Shown: positions 18,089 to 29,222, counted from the stretch's first letter. The stretch: 30,602 nt of DNA from Gammaproteobacteria bacterium (GCA_965222155.1 CBDCTH010000007.1:1-30602); one strand, 5' to 3'. Made by a program: numbers and translations. Notes: generated by a model not told the origin, from the sequence alone.

Positions 18089-18658
18089 TCAGCTTTTAGA
18101 GTGAATGTATTCATTAGTTCTGATTCTCCGCCGAATCTCCCTTTCTGCTGCACCCAACGCATAATACCTATTACCCCCCTTTACTGTTGCGACAACTCGA
18201 CTCTGGGATTGATAGTGACGGTATGCCTCATCAGGGAGGCATCGTTCGCATATGAAGTCCGTTCCTTCATAATTGTCGCTATAAACCAATTGCGCGTCAC
18301 AGTCTGGGCAGAAACACCAAAGATTCGATATCTCGTTACCAGTCCATGACCAACGCCATTTCGCTCCGTCCAGCATATCTTCAGTATAGTTTCGATATGC
18401 TGGTTCATTCTGTGGACGAAGAGCCATATATAGCCAAGCAAGACCAACGAGCGCAAATAATCCGATAATCAGAATCGCCCAACCAGGCATCGAATAGTAA
18501 GAGATTAGCGAAGTCCAAGCCCAAGTGATGCCCTCCCACACCCATGACATTGCTTCTGCCACGAAACCGCGCAATTGCGGGACGGCGGATAATATCAACC
18601 CTCCAATCACTGTTGCAATGATCCCGTTTCTCACGGAATGTGAATGCTTATCTGTCAT
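18089..18658 (-). CDS. Hypothetical membrane protein with a C-terminal Zn-ribbon
   Basis: Hydrophobic segments GIIATVIGGLILSAV and WAILIIGLFALVGLAWLYMAL; CPDC...CERC; overlaps the hsdS stop. Confidence 0.7.
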   Translation of the reverse strand: MTDKHSHSVRNGIIATVIGGLILSAVPQLRGFVAEAMSWVWEGITWAWTSLISYYSMPGWAILIIGLFALVGLAWLYMALRPQNEPAYRNYTEDMLDGAKWRWSWTGNEISNLWCFCPDCDAQLVYSDNYEGTDFICERCLPDEAYRHYQSQSRVVATVKGGNRYYALGAAEREIRRRIRTNEYIHSKS

Positions 18659-19964
18659 AAATTCCAATCATATCTAACGACGAATCGTACGTCGATTGTA
18701 ACGCCGATAGGTTGAGATCGACGACCTGGATTTCGCTCGTCATCAGCCTGTGCAACAGCGCCTTGAATAGGTCTTCTAATACCTTACGTTTCTTTCGGTG
18801 CAGGTCGATCTTGCGGTCGATAGCGTCGAGGATGGAGACAATCTCGCGTTGTTCGTCTAAGGTAGGAACCGGCACTAACCGCTCTTTGATTTGCCGGTCA
18901 GTGACAGCCGGGTAGCTCGCTCCCGTTTCGATTTTTGAAAGTTGTTCAATAAACTCTTGTCGCTGCACTAGCTGGAAGATATATTTCCCGTTCATATTTC
19001 GATCTTTGTCACGCAAAACGCAAAATGCCGTCGAGCAAACTTGATCGTTTAGTTCTTCTTCAATCTTTGCAACACGCAAAAGGGTCGGGCGAACAGTTGC
19101 AAATATGACATCTCCGGTCAGGATACGTTTACGCGCCCGGCTAGGTGCATATCTCAGCTTGTACCGCGTCGTAGTTTCCACCTGATGGAATTCGCGAGAT
19201 ATTGATGAAACGTCCACATACTGTATCTCGCGTTCAGCTTGTTCAGTCATGTTGACTTGATCAGCCGGCAAACAAAGAGAGCCTAATTTCTCTATCCCCC
19301 AACTCTCCGGAACCGGGCCGATTTTGGTTTCCTTCGACTCCTCTCCCCTAAGCCCGCGCGTGAACAGCGTCCGCATTGCCGCGCGTTTGAGGTCGCGCAC
19401 ACCCTGTTCGCATTCGGTCTCAGATTCAGACGCTTTTTGGATCGCTTCCAATGCATCAGCGATTGCGTTTTGCTCGTCAAACTCGAAGGATGGGATCGGC
19501 AGGTTGAGCAGCACATTTTCCGGAATGCGTTTGCGCCCGGTCGATCCCTCCATCCTTTCTGCCATATATTCCCGCACATCCGGGTGAAGCAGATAGTAGA
19601 ACAGAAATCGCGGATCATGTGTCGCTGAGATTGGATGAAGAGGGATTACTTCGGTCGTCGCATACCCAAACGGCTCAGCAAAATTTCGGACCAGCGCCTG
19701 CTTTCCGTTCTCGAAGGACGGAGTGATCTTGGCGACTAGGATATCGCCACGTTCAAAGTATGTCCCACTGACGATTGTCCCTGGCGCTCTCATTTCATAC
19801 TTTGGCAGGTACGCGCCACCCCGCGGAATTGCATCCATCGCGGCGAACGGAATGGCCGGCAAGAACGAGGGATCAATTCCGCGTGGCTTCTTCGTCACAG
19901 CATAGTTGTCTCCAACGCGAGACCATTCGCGACCTTCACCGAGGTCTGCTTTAAGTAGGCTCAT
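18648..19964 (-). CDS. hsdS: Type I R-M specificity subunit S
   Basis: Two TRD-conserved repeats ([25 protein letters not shown]); central [23 protein letters not shown]. Confidence 0.93.
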   Translation of the reverse strand: MSLLKADLGEGREWSRVGDNYAVTKKPRGIDPSFLPAIPFAAMDAIPRGGAYLPKYEMRAPGTIVSGTYFERGDILVAKITPSFENGKQALVRNFAEPFGYATTEVIPLHPISATHDPRFLFYYLLHPDVREYMAERMEGSTGRKRIPENVLLNLPIPSFEFDEQNAIADALEAIQKASESETECEQGVRDLKRAAMRTLFTRGLRGEESKETKIGPVPESWGIEKLGSLCLPADQVNMTEQAEREIQYVDVSSISREFHQVETTTRYKLRYAPSRARKRILTGDVIFATVRPTLLRVAKIEEELNDQVCSTAFCVLRDKDRNMNGKYIFQLVQRQEFIEQLSKIETGASYPAVTDRQIKERLVPVPTLDEQREIVSILDAIDRKIDLHRKKRKVLEDLFKALLHRLMTSEIQVVDLNLSALQSTYDSSLDMIGIYDR

Positions 19965-21816
19965 CCATCACCCCGATCAGCAGTTTAGAGATCGCCGCCG
20001 AAAGCCGACTCGCCTCGCTATCGAGGTTGGTTAGTTCCCGAACAAGTGTGCTAACAGAACCAACCTCTGCAGAACTGGACTGCCCCACCCACCGACTGGG
20101 ACTGAGATTGTAGTCCGCCTTCTCCGCATCCTCCCGCGTGATCACGGCAATCTCACCCTCGACGGGTTCGCCCTTGAGGTAGGCTGACGCGAGCGGACGG
20201 ATGTCCTCCTCCGGGATGAAGTTCTTGGGGCGCCCTTTCCGCACACGTTTGCCGGCGTTGAGTAGCACGAGCTTATCCTTCCGTTCCGCCGGTTTGCGCT
20301 TTGACAACACCACAATCACGCCAGCGGCGCTGGTGTTATAAAACAGGTTGTCCGGCAGCAGGATCACGCCGTCGATCAAATCGCGGTCGACGAACCATTT
20401 ACGGATGTTGCGTTCCCTGTCCTCGTGCTTGCTGCCGGAGCCGCGTGTCACGGCGCCGGTGTCGAGTACAACTGCCGCTCGTCCCCGCTCGTTCAGGCAG
20501 GCGATGGTGTGTTGGAGCCAGGCCCAGTCGCCCTTGCCGGTGGTTACGCCGCCCCGGCTGCGGAAACGGTCGAACGGGTCGTTGGCGAAGATGTCCGGGT
20601 TGAACGGCTGATTCCACATCGGGTTGGCGACCACGATGTCGTGGGTAGCGATCTGGCCGGCCGCAGTTTTGAACTTTGGGTTAATCATCGTGTCGCCGCG
20701 GGCAATCTCGACCTCCATGTCGTGGATGATCGCGTTCATCTGGGCAACCGCGTAGCTCTCGGCTTGCAATTCCTGTCCGCAGAGCTTGAGCGGCAGACGG
20801 CTGGTGGGGTCAAGCTCCCGGGCAACGAGTTGCAGTTTGACGAGCAGTCCGGCCGAACCGCAGGCGTAGTCGTGGCAATCCTCACCGGGCCTGGGGCGCA
20901 GGATGTATGCCATCAGGAAACCGACCTCGGTCGGGGTGAAGAACTCGCCCGCGCTCTGGCCTGAACCTTCTGCGAACTTGCGTAGCAGGTACTCATAGGC
21001 GCGGCCGAGGAAATCGGGCTGCACATCAGCAAGGCCAAGCCGGTAACGAGGGTCGGAGAAGGTTTCGACCACCGCGGTGAGCTTCGCCGGGTTGATATCG
21101 CGCTCCCCGTTGCGCTCGGCCGCGAAATCCACTATGTCAATAACGCCTGACAGCGAAGGGTTATAACGCACGACCGCGCGCACGGCTTTTGTCAAATGTT
21201 CGCCGATGTCTCCAGGCCGCGTGCTTCTCCCTTGGTTGTCTGGCGGCCACTCATAGTCTTCGCGACCGCTGATGACCACCCAGCGGGCATCTGGGGGCAG
21301 GTAGAAGCGCAGCAGGTCGTGATCGGTCTCGGCGATCTCAAGCGCAGTAACCCGATTACCATATTCTTCGGCCAGGCGTTCGATCTCATCGTTGAAAACG
21401 TCGGACAGCCGTTTCAGGAACAGGAGCGGCAACAGGTAATCCTTGAATTTGGGGGCATCTTTTTCTCCGCGAATGGAGCAGGCCGCATCCCATAGCATCT
21501 GCTCCATGGGCTTCGTTGAGGGGGTAGAGCGTCGCCGGCCCGTTGTCGTATCACGCACGCCGCCAGTCCGTCGCCGCGTCACGCGCGCTGCCGCTTCGGC
21601 TGGCTTCGCAGCCGACTCCATCGCGCCCACGCCTGCCTCAACAGCAAGCGCGGCGATTACTTCCCGCGCTGCTTTCTGTGGTAAAATAGTACCACCTTCC
21701 CAACGGTTAACGCTAGCAAAGGAAACGCCTAGCCGTTCCGCGAGTTGCTCCTGGGTGAGATCAAGACTGGCGCGGATGGCACGCAATGTGGCTGCAATGA
21801 CATTTTTGTTTGTCAT
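19951..21816 (-). CDS. hsdM: Type I R-M methyltransferase subunit M with an N-terminal XRE HTH
   Basis: [21 protein letters not shown]; [10 protein letters not shown]; [12 protein letters not shown]; GEFFTP; DYACGSAG; motif IV NPMW. Confidence 0.93.
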   Translation of the reverse strand: MTNKNVIAATLRAIRASLDLTQEQLAERLGVSFASVNRWEGGTILPQKAAREVIAALAVEAGVGAMESAAKPAEAAARVTRRRTGGVRDTTTGRRRSTPSTKPMEQMLWDAACSIRGEKDAPKFKDYLLPLLFLKRLSDVFNDEIERLAEEYGNRVTALEIAETDHDLLRFYLPPDARWVVISGREDYEWPPDNQGRSTRPGDIGEHLTKAVRAVVRYNPSLSGVIDIVDFAAERNGERDINPAKLTAVVETFSDPRYRLGLADVQPDFLGRAYEYLLRKFAEGSGQSAGEFFTPTEVGFLMAYILRPRPGEDCHDYACGSAGLLVKLQLVARELDPTSRLPLKLCGQELQAESYAVAQMNAIIHDMEVEIARGDTMINPKFKTAAGQIATHDIVVANPMWNQPFNPDIFANDPFDRFRSRGGVTTGKGDWAWLQHTIACLNERGRAAVVLDTGAVTRGSGSKHEDRERNIRKWFVDRDLIDGVILLPDNLFYNTSAAGVIVVLSKRKPAERKDKLVLLNAGKRVRKGRPKNFIPEEDIRPLASAYLKGEPVEGEIAVITREDAEKADYNLSPSRWVGQSSSAEVGSVSTLVRELTNLDSEASRLSAAISKLLIGVMDEPT

Positions 21817-21851
21817 GTCTGCTTTATAGCAAATATGACAAACATAGTCAA
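21807..21851 (-). promoter_or_regulatory. Probable leaderless hsdM promoter with an overlapping palindromic operator
   Basis: Minus strand TTGACT-17 nt-TATAAA-6 nt-ATG; inverted repeat TGTTTGTCAT (21807-21816) / ATGACAAACA (21835-21844) with inner TGCT/AGCA. Confidence 0.7.
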
Positions 21852-21883
21852 CAATTACCGATTAAATTCCTATTTTAAAAATT

Positions 21884-22125
21884 TCAGATACAACCAGCCG
21901 GCAACTGAATGATCTTATTGCTGAGCAGGCGCCCCTGGTTACTGTTGTTAATAACAATCCCGAAAGGCGAATCATGCTGCTGCACGAATTGTTGCAATGG
22001 CTTGAGTTGTTGCAGGGTGGTCTGGTGACCAAATTTGATTTCAATCGGCAGGATGCCAAAGCTCCCTTCGAGGATCAGGTCGATCTCGACGCGGTTTTTG
22101 GTGCGGTAATAAAAATAGTCCCACC
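21884..22125 (-). pseudogene. C-terminal fragment of an AAA ATPase/DUF4143 protein
   Basis: YFYYRTKNRVEIDLILE...PIEIK; the 5' part is replaced by the palindromic repeat. Confidence 0.75.
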
Positions 22126-22128
22126 GGA

Positions 22129-22276
22129 GGATATTTGGGAAGGATATTTGGGACACCCATAAATTAAATGAGAGTTTTAAATTAATGGGTGTCCCGAATT
22201 TACCCCCGTTAAATTAATGGGTGTCCCGAATTTACCCCCGAATTTACCTCCCGGATTTACCTCCCGGATTTACCTC
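22129..22276. repeat. GGGACACCCAT palindromic element with a duplicated arm and tandem tails
   Basis: Direct copy of the 11023 element; repeated TTAAATTAATGGGTGTCCCGAATTTACCCCCG and CCCGGATTTACCT units. Confidence 0.88.
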
Positions 22277-22399
22277 TTTATATCAGCCATTTCCTAACTC
22301 TACGCCAGGAATTTACTGATGTAAGGAGGATTCTGGGATCATCGGCAGTTCCTGCTAACCGAATCTTGTGGAAAACCTGAATACCCCCGGCATTGATAC

Positions 22400-22438
22400 C
22401 TGCGTCCAGAAGAATTGAGAGGATGAGAGTCACTACAT
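22400..22438 (-). repeat. 39-bp copy of hsdR 3'-terminal coding sequence
   Basis: Matches 12307-12345 at 37/39. Confidence 0.85.
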
Positions 22439-22690
22439 GTTGTCAACAAATAGATTTGTCCACATCTGTAACAAAAGAATTGTCCGCTTTTAAGTGAACG
22501 CCTGACCTGTCCCTCAGGGCATCGCCAAAAGGGACAGGCCCAGCGCCTGCCTACAGCAGGCAGGCCGGAACCCAGTCTGTTATCGTTTCGCCGGAGGCGA
22601 CTCTTTGTTCCACTGGATTCCCGCTTACGCGGGAATGGCGGAGGGGCACATTCAAAAGTATGTGGCTGCCCTGTTATTTATTCCTCATAC

Positions 22691-22725
22691 CATGAAATCT
22701 CGGTGCTGATGACCGAATTTTCACG
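22691..22725. promoter_or_regulatory. Imperfect palindrome, possible operator of the AAA gene
   Basis: CATGAAATCTCGGT...ACCGAATTTTCACG immediately before the ATG. Confidence 0.4.
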
Positions 22726-22730
22726 GTATT

Positions 22731-23288
22731 ATGAGCGCCATGATTACTCGGTCCAGGCATATCAAAGAGATCATCCGGCGTCTCAGGCACTTCGAGGTCG
22801 TTGCCATCCTGGGGGGGGGGCGGCAGGTCGGCAAGACCACGTTGGCAAAACAGGTAGCCGGGAGCTATCACACGCGGTCTCATTATTTTGACCTGGAAGA
22901 CCTTGTGGCCTTGTCCAGACTCGGAGAAGACCCGAACCTTGTGTTGCGAAATTTGAAGGGTTTGATCATTGTCGATGAAGTGCAACGTTTACCGAATCTT
23001 TTTCCACTGCTTCGAGTGCTGTCGGACCGCCGGCCGCGGCCGGCGCGCTTTCTGGTTCTGGGCAGTGCGTCGCCGAACCCCCTCCGGCAATCCTCTGAAT
23101 CCTTGGCTGGTCGGATAAACTACTACGAACTGAACGGCTTGGGGCTGGATGAAACAGGAAATGACCGGCTTGCGCGGCGTTGGCTCCGGGGTGGTTTTCC
23201 GGACGCCTACTTGTCGAGGTCCAACCGGGCCTGCTTCGAATGGCTGGAAAGTTTTACCCGAACTTTTATCGAACGCGACCTGGCGAGG
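22731..23288 (+). pseudogene. AAA_14/DUF4143 ATP-binding protein, truncated by a repeat
   Basis: RQVGKTT, IIVDEVQR, FLVLGSAS, ESLAGR, RGGFP, FIERDL; the frame then runs into the repeat. Confidence 0.85.
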
Positions 23289-23408
23289 GGGGACAGATTT
23301 AAATCTGTCCCCCAAGTTCCCCTGACCAGTTTCCCTGGGAGGGAGGGCGTCTCGCCCTCCACGAGGGCAGGATGCCCTCGGTCCCGGAAGTTAGCGGGAA
23401 CTGCTGCC
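23289..23408 (-). repeat. Inverted copy of the ~120-bp composite hairpin repeat
   Basis: Reverse complement aligns with 8541-8660. Confidence 0.85.
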
Positions 23409-23557
23409 TTGCCAGTACCTCGGTTGTAATATCGGAAAACTGTAATATACTCCCCCTTGTGCAGTACCTCCCCTTTATCTGAGGAGCGTTGCGACGGGTG
23501 GCGGATAATCCGCATCCGCCAGGCTCAGGTAAATGTCATGAATTAACGGCGCTCACT

Positions 23558-24120
23558 TAACCCGCATTTCTCACCAGTTGATGCGATGATCGCGCCGGAT
23601 TTTTGCCGCCAGCGGGTGCCTGCGACCAAAAGCATAGCCGTAGTTGATGTGCGCCCTCCATGGCGCGCACCCTGCGGGCATCCTTCGGATGTCCAAATCT
23701 GCTCCAGGCAGATTTGTCTGGTTGAGGGACAAATCGTCAGGACTGACGATTTGCACGGCGACAGCCGCCCGCAGGGTTGCGCCCCAGAGCCTGCCCCTGT
23801 ATGGAGTTGAGCAGGGGGATGGGCGCAATGAACACGTGCCCGCTGGCGGCACAAATCCATCTGGAATGGATTTGGACACTCGAAGAGTGCCCGAAGGGGG
23901 CGCTCCAGGGATGGAGCGCATCTAAAAGACAAGCGAGACAAATCGGCAGGATAGCCGATTTGCACGGCAACAGCCGCCCGCAGGGTTGCGTACATGGATG
24001 TGCGCAATGAACGCATCAAGCGCAGTCTGTAATGTTGATATAGTGAGCAGATTATCATAACGTATTGACAGCAAACAACTAGCCGATGACGACAAGCGAA
24101 CTGGTGAGAAATCCGGGTTA
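23558..24120. mobile_element. Non-autonomous MITE-like element with nested insertions
   Basis: Terminal IRs TTAACCCG(C/G)ATTTCTCACCAGTT match at 22/23; the core is collinear with 29699-29964; four ACAAATC-type modules lie inside. Confidence 0.85.
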
Positions 24121-24251
24121 ACTGTTGAATGACAAGATAAGTGAGGCGAGCCGGATTGATCACTTCCCCGCTTCTTGTCCTGCATTATACGGAGAATGGA
24201 GGGGTCATGATCGGCATCAAAAATCAAAGACCTGACCCCGTTATATAAGTC

Positions 24252-27200
24252 ATGATTGGCGCGACCGAACGACAATTACGCAGCCTGTTAAAAGAGCGTA
24301 TCCTGCTGCTGGATGGGGCTATGGGCACCATGATCCAGTCTTACAACCTGCAGGAAAGCGATTTTCGCGGCGAGCGCTTTGCCGATCATGGTTGTGATTT
24401 GAAAGGCAATAACGACCTGCTGTCGTTGACCCAACCGGATATTATCAGGGACATACATGCCGCGTTCCTTGACGCCGGCGCCGACATTATAGCGACCAAT
24501 ACCTTCAACTCTACTGCAATTGCCATGGCCGATTACGAGTTGCAGGACCAGGTGTACGAGTTGAACCGGAGCGGCGCCGGACTGGCCCGGGGCGTTGCCG
24601 ATGAGAAGTCTACGCCGGAAAAACCCCGGTTCGTTGCCGGTGTCCTCGGCCCTACCAACCGCACCGCTTCCATATCGCCGGACGTCAACAAGCCCGGGTT
24701 TCGCAATATCACCTTTGCGGAACTGGCGGAAGCCTATACGACCGCCATCCGGGGACTGGTGGAGGGCGGCGTGGATATCCTGCTGCTGGAGACCATCTTC
24801 GATACCCTGAATGCCAAGGCCGCCCTGTTTGCAGTCGAGTCCTTTTTTGAAACAAGCGGCGCCCGCCTGCCTATTATCATTTCCGGCACCATTACCGATG
24901 CCTCAGGCCGGACCCTTACCGGCCAGACCAATGCCGCCTTCTGGCATTCCGTCCGTCATGCAGAACCATTAGCAATAGGGTTAAATTGTGCTTTGGGAGC
25001 CAAAGACTTACGTGAACATATTCAAGAACTTTCTAATATAGCCGACACCTATGTCAGCATCTATCCAAATGCCGGACTACCTAATGAATTCGGTGAATAC
25101 GACGAGACACCCGAGTATATGGCCGACATTCTCGAAGAGTTTGCCCGGAGCGGATTTCTCAATATCGTCGGCGGTTGTTGCGGTACCACCCCGGAACATA
25201 TCCGGCAGATCCATGACCAGGTATGCATTCAGCCGCCCCGGATAATTTCCGACATCCCGTCATATTGCCGACTGAGTGGACTGGAAGCGTTGACCATTAC
25301 CCCGGCTGCTAATTTCATCAACATCGGAGAGCGTACCAACGTAGCCGGTTCTCCCAGGTTCCTGCGCCTTATCAAGGAAGGCAAACTGGATGAGGCGCTG
25401 GATATTGCCCGCCAGCAGGTGGAGAACGGCGCCCAGATAATAGACGTGTGCATGGATGAGGGACTGCTTGATTCCGAGCAGTTAATGCAGAACTTTCTCC
25501 TGCTGGTTGCCGGCGAACCCGATATCAGCCGGGTACCGACCATGATCGATTCATCGCGCTGGTCTGTTATAGAGGCCGGATTACGTTGTGTCCAGGGTAA
25601 GTGCGTCGTGAACTCCATCAGTCTGAAAGAGGGGGAGGATAAATTCAGGGAACAGGCCCGGGTTATCAGGCGCTACGGGGCGGCGGTCGTGGTGATGTGT
25701 TTTGATGAACAGGGACAGGCAGACACCACCGAACGTCGTTTTGAGGTGGCAAGACGGTCTTATCATATCCTGGTGGATGAACTCGGCTTCCCTCCGGAAG
25801 ATATCATCTTTGATCCCAATATCCTCACCGTCGCCACCGGCATGGAGGAGCATAACAATTATGCGGTCTCATTTTTTGAAGCGAGCCGCCTGATTAAGGA
25901 AAACCTGCCAAAGGCGCTGGTCAGCGGGGGCTTGAGCAATGTTTCTTTTTCCTTCCGGGGCAATAATCCTGTGCGGGAGGCTATGCACTCGGCCTTCCTG
26001 TATCACGCGGTCAAGGCTGGTATGGATATGGCGATTGTCAATGCCGGCCAGCTGGGTATTTATGATGAAATACCCACAGACCTGCTGGAAAGGGTGGAAG
26101 ACGTGTTGCTCAACAGGCGCCCCGATGCCACCGATCGCCTGGTTGAATTCGCCGAGACCATCAAGGATGTGGGAGAAAATAAAAAGAAAGCAGATGAACA
26201 GACCTGGCGTGGTAGCAGTGCGCAGGAACGCCTGTCCCATGCCCTGGTGAAAGGGATCGACACCTGGATTGAAGCCGATACGGAGGAAGCGCGGCAGCAA
26301 TATGACAGGCCCCTGCAGGTCATCGAAGGACCGCTGATGGATGGCATGAACATCGTCGGCGACCTGTTCGGCGCCGGCAGGATGTTCCTGCCCCAGGTGG
26401 TGAAAAGCGCGCGCGTCATGAAAAAAGCGGTTGCCTACCTCATCCCCTTTATCGAGGAAGACAAAAAAGGCGGTGGAGATTACCGGTCCCAGGGCAGGAT
26501 AGTCATGGCCACCGTTAAAGGCGATGTCCATGATATCGGGAAAAATATCGTCGGCGTAGTCCTGCAATGCAATAACTTTGAGGTAATCGATCTCGGCGTC
26601 ATGGTCCCGGCCGAAATCATCCTGAAAACCGCGCAGGAAACAAACGCCGACTTTATCGGTCTGAGTGGTCTTATCACCCCGTCACTGGATGAAATGGTAC
26701 ACGTGGCGGAAGAGATGCAGCGCCGGGAATTCGATGTTCCCCTGCTTATCGGCGGCGCCACTACTTCACGCACACACACCGCGGTAAAAATTGAACCGCG
26801 CTACAGGCAACCGGTGATACACGTGAAAGACGCCTCCCGCGCCGTGGGCGTGGTACAGCGTTTGATCAGTGAAGATTTGAAAGCCGATTTCAGCAAACAG
26901 GTAAAAGAGGAATATGCGGTAGTTCGGGACAGACATAAAGGCAGACAGGCCGGGATCAAATGGCTACCATTGGCCGAGGCACGCACAAACCGGTTCCCGG
27001 TTGATTGGCAGACCTACCGGCCGCCCGAACCGAAAATAACGGGAATCCGGGTATTCAACGATTACCCGTTAGCTGACCTTCAGGATTATATAGACTGGAC
27101 CCCCTTCTTTGTTGCCTGGGAGTTAGCCGGCCGTTTTCCACGAATTCTGGACGATGAAACAGTCGGGGAAGAGGCGCGAAAACTTTACCGGGACGCCAGG

Positions 27201-27953
27201 GAAATGCTGGATACAATCATCCATGAAAAGTGGCTGGCAGCCCGGGCTGTTATCGGCCTGTTCCCAGCCAACTCCATCGGTCACGACGATATCGAAGTCT
27301 ACGTGGACGACAGTCGCATGGGATTGCTGGCTGAGTTCCATAGTTTGAGGCAACAGACAAAAAAACCGCCGGGTCAGCCCAACTTTGCCCTGGCTGATTT
27401 TATCGCACCGAAACAGACCGGACGGAATGATTATATCGGGGCTTTTGCGGTAGCCGCAGGATTTGGGATGGAGGAAAAGCTACACCAATTCGAGCAGGAC
27501 CACGACGATTACCGCGCGATCATGTTGAAAGCACTGACCGACCGGCTGGCGGAGGCCCTGGCGGAACGACTGCACCAGCGAGTCAGGAAGGAATTCTGGG
27601 GATACCAGGCAGACGAAGTCCTGGACAATAGCGCGCTTATCGCCGAGAAATACCGGGGGATCCGCCCTGCCCCCGGTTATCCGGCCTGCCCGGACCACAC
27701 AGAAAAACCGCTTATCTGGGATTTGCTCAAGGTCGAGGCAAATACCGGGATAACGCTGACCGACAGTTATGCCATGTACCCGACCGCAGCCGTGTGCGGC
27801 CTGTATTTCTCCCACCCCGACTCGCGCTATTTCGGGCTGGGGAAGGTCAACCGCGATCAAGTCTCCGACTATGCCCTGAGGAAAGGCATGGAAGTGCGTC
27901 AGGCGGAGCGCTGGCTGAGCCCCAGCCTTGGGTACGATCCCGATACCGTGTAG
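24252..27953 (+). CDS. metH: Cobalamin-dependent methionine synthase
   Basis: [64 protein letters not shown]; 1233 aa. Confidence 0.98.
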   Translation: MIGATERQLRSLLKERILLLDGAMGTMIQSYNLQESDFRGERFADHGCDLKGNNDLLSLTQPDIIRDIHAAFLDAGADIIATNTFNSTAIAMADYELQDQVYELNRSGAGLARGVADEKSTPEKPRFVAGVLGPTNRTASISPDVNKPGFRNITFAELAEAYTTAIRGLVEGGVDILLLETIFDTLNAKAALFAVESFFETSGARLPIIISGTITDASGRTLTGQTNAAFWHSVRHAEPLAIGLNCALGAKDLREHIQELSNIADTYVSIYPNAGLPNEFGEYDETPEYMADILEEFARSGFLNIVGGCCGTTPEHIRQIHDQVCIQPPRIISDIPSYCRLSGLEALTITPAANFINIGERTNVAGSPRFLRLIKEGKLDEALDIARQQVENGAQIIDVCMDEGLLDSEQLMQNFLLLVAGEPDISRVPTMIDSSRWSVIEAGLRCVQGKCVVNSISLKEGEDKFREQARVIRRYGAAVVVMCFDEQGQADTTERRFEVARRSYHILVDELGFPPEDIIFDPNILTVATGMEEHNNYAVSFFEASRLIKENLPKALVSGGLSNVSFSFRGNNPVREAMHSAFLYHAVKAGMDMAIVNAGQLGIYDEIPTDLLERVEDVLLNRRPDATDRLVEFAETIKDVGENKKKADEQTWRGSSAQERLSHALVKGIDTWIEADTEEARQQYDRPLQVIEGPLMDGMNIVGDLFGAGRMFLPQVVKSARVMKKAVAYLIPFIEEDKKGGGDYRSQGRIVMATVKGDVHDIGKNIVGVVLQCNNFEVIDLGVMVPAEIILKTAQETNADFIGLSGLITPSLDEMVHVAEEMQRREFDVPLLIGGATTSRTHTAVKIEPRYRQPVIHVKDASRAVGVVQRLISEDLKADFSKQVKEEYAVVRDRHKGRQAGIKWLPLAEARTNRFPVDWQTYRPPEPKITGIRVFNDYPLADLQDYIDWTPFFVAWELAGRFPRILDDETVGEEARKLYRDAREMLDTIIHEKWLAARAVIGLFPANSIGHDDIEVYVDDSRMGLLAEFHSLRQQTKKPPGQPNFALADFIAPKQTGRNDYIGAFAVAAGFGMEEKLHQFEQDHDDYRAIMLKALTDRLAEALAERLHQRVRKEFWGYQADEVLDNSALIAEKYRGIRPAPGYPACPDHTEKPLIWDLLKVEANTGITLTDSYAMYPTAAVCGLYFSHPDSRYFGLGKVNRDQVSDYALRKGMEVRQAERWLSPSLGYDPDTV

Positions 27954-27976
27954 CATCAGGACACCCCCACCACGCC

Positions 27977-28155
27977 GGGACACATCCGTCATTCCGGGAC
28001 ACATCCGTGGGCTTGACCCGGAATCCAGTGAAATAATGAGTCGCCAGTGGCGACACGCTATTAGACTGGATTCCGGCATTCGCCGGAATGACGGATGTGT
28101 CCCGGAATGACGACAATGGGAGCATTCGCCGGAATGACGCGAGACTGGAATGACC
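27977..28155. repeat. GTCATTCC/GGAATGAC REP cluster downstream of metH
   Basis: GGGACACATCCGTCATTCCGG pairs with CCGGAATGACGGATGTGTCCC; four GGAATGAC units. Confidence 0.8.
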
Positions 28156-28233
28156 CCAAATCTATGCATACGTGTTAATATCCGATTATAATAACGTCAG
28201 AATATCCATGACCCGAAGGGGGAGCGCCAAACC

Positions 28234-29130
28234 ATGTATCCTGCACCATTCCGTTACCATCGCCCTGGCTCGCTCGACAGTGCGATAACGCTTTTATCAG
28301 AACTTGGCGAAGGCGCCAGGCCGCTGGCCGGAGGGCAATCGCTTATCCCTATCCTTAAAATGCGCATGGATGAACCCTCCGATCTGGTGGATATCTCACG
28401 CCTCCCGGAACTGATGCACATCCGCAAGGTAAAAGACCGGGTTTGCATCGGTGCACTGGTGACCCATGCCCGGATTGCCGCGTCAGCCGTAGCCGATGAT
28501 ATCCCCATTATCCGGGACTGCGCCGGGCGCATAGGTGACCCGCAGGTAAGAACCCTGGGGACCATCGGCGGGTCGGTCAGCATCGCCGACCCCAGCAGCG
28601 ACTGGCCGGCCCTGCTGCATACCCTGGATGCCGACATCGTCTGCCAGGGGCCTGCAGGAAGCCGCAAAGTCGGTATCAGGGAATTCATTACGGACTCATA
28701 CACCAACAGTCTGGCTGACGCTGAACTGGTCACGGAAATCCAGATACCCATGCCGCCGGCGCACAGCGGCGGCGCTTACCTCGGTTTCAAGAAAGCCGCC
28801 CCGGCTTACCCGGCCGCCTCAGTCGGTGTGCAGTTAACCCTGGCAGCCGGCAACATCTGTCATGACATCCGCCTGGTGTTGGGAGCGGCAGGCCCAACGC
28901 CGGTCACCTCCGGGGAGGTTGAGCAGTCGCTTATCGGCTACCCCTTGACTGAAAAAAAACTGCAAGAGGCCGCCGCTGCGCTGATAGAGTTGGCTGACCC
29001 GCCTACAGATGCACGCGGTTCTGCGGAGTTTAAACTCGTTATTCTGCGTTCTCTGTTTATGCGCGCCGCGCATACGGCTATACAGAGGGCGATGGGTGAA
29101 AAGATCACTGGGAGCCATGATTATGTGTGA
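28234..29130 (+). CDS. FAD-binding subunit of a xanthine/CO dehydrogenase-family molybdoenzyme (CoxM/CutM-like)
   Basis: MYPAPFRYHRP, LAGGQSLIP, IGDPQVRTLGTIGGS. Confidence 0.9.
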   Translation: MYPAPFRYHRPGSLDSAITLLSELGEGARPLAGGQSLIPILKMRMDEPSDLVDISRLPELMHIRKVKDRVCIGALVTHARIAASAVADDIPIIRDCAGRIGDPQVRTLGTIGGSVSIADPSSDWPALLHTLDADIVCQGPAGSRKVGIREFITDSYTNSLADAELVTEIQIPMPPAHSGGAYLGFKKAAPAYPAASVGVQLTLAAGNICHDIRLVLGAAGPTPVTSGEVEQSLIGYPLTEKKLQEAAAALIELADPPTDARGSAEFKLVILRSLFMRAAHTAIQRAMGEKITGSHDYV

Positions 29131-29147
29131 ATTTTTACAAATACTGC

Positions 29148-29203
29148 CCTGGATTCCGGGCCTGCCCTGGCATGTTGTAAGGCAGGGTCAAGCCCGGAAT
29201 GAC
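29148..29203. repeat. GGAATGAC-type REP hairpin with an internal insert
   Basis: CTGGATTCCGGG-CCTGCCCTG...CAGGG-TCAAGCCCGGAATGAC. Confidence 0.65.
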
Positions 29204-29222
29204 GGCGTCGGGAGCTATAAAT

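Noticed and set aside
23543-24275. ORFs upstream of metH, or a cobalamin/SAM riboswitch
   Set aside because: The region is explained by the nested MITE; no riboswitch consensus was recognised
24595-28169. Overlapping and antisense ORFs within metH (likewise within hsdR and hsdM)
   Set aside because: Shadow ORFs of GC-rich coding sequence with no recognisable motifs
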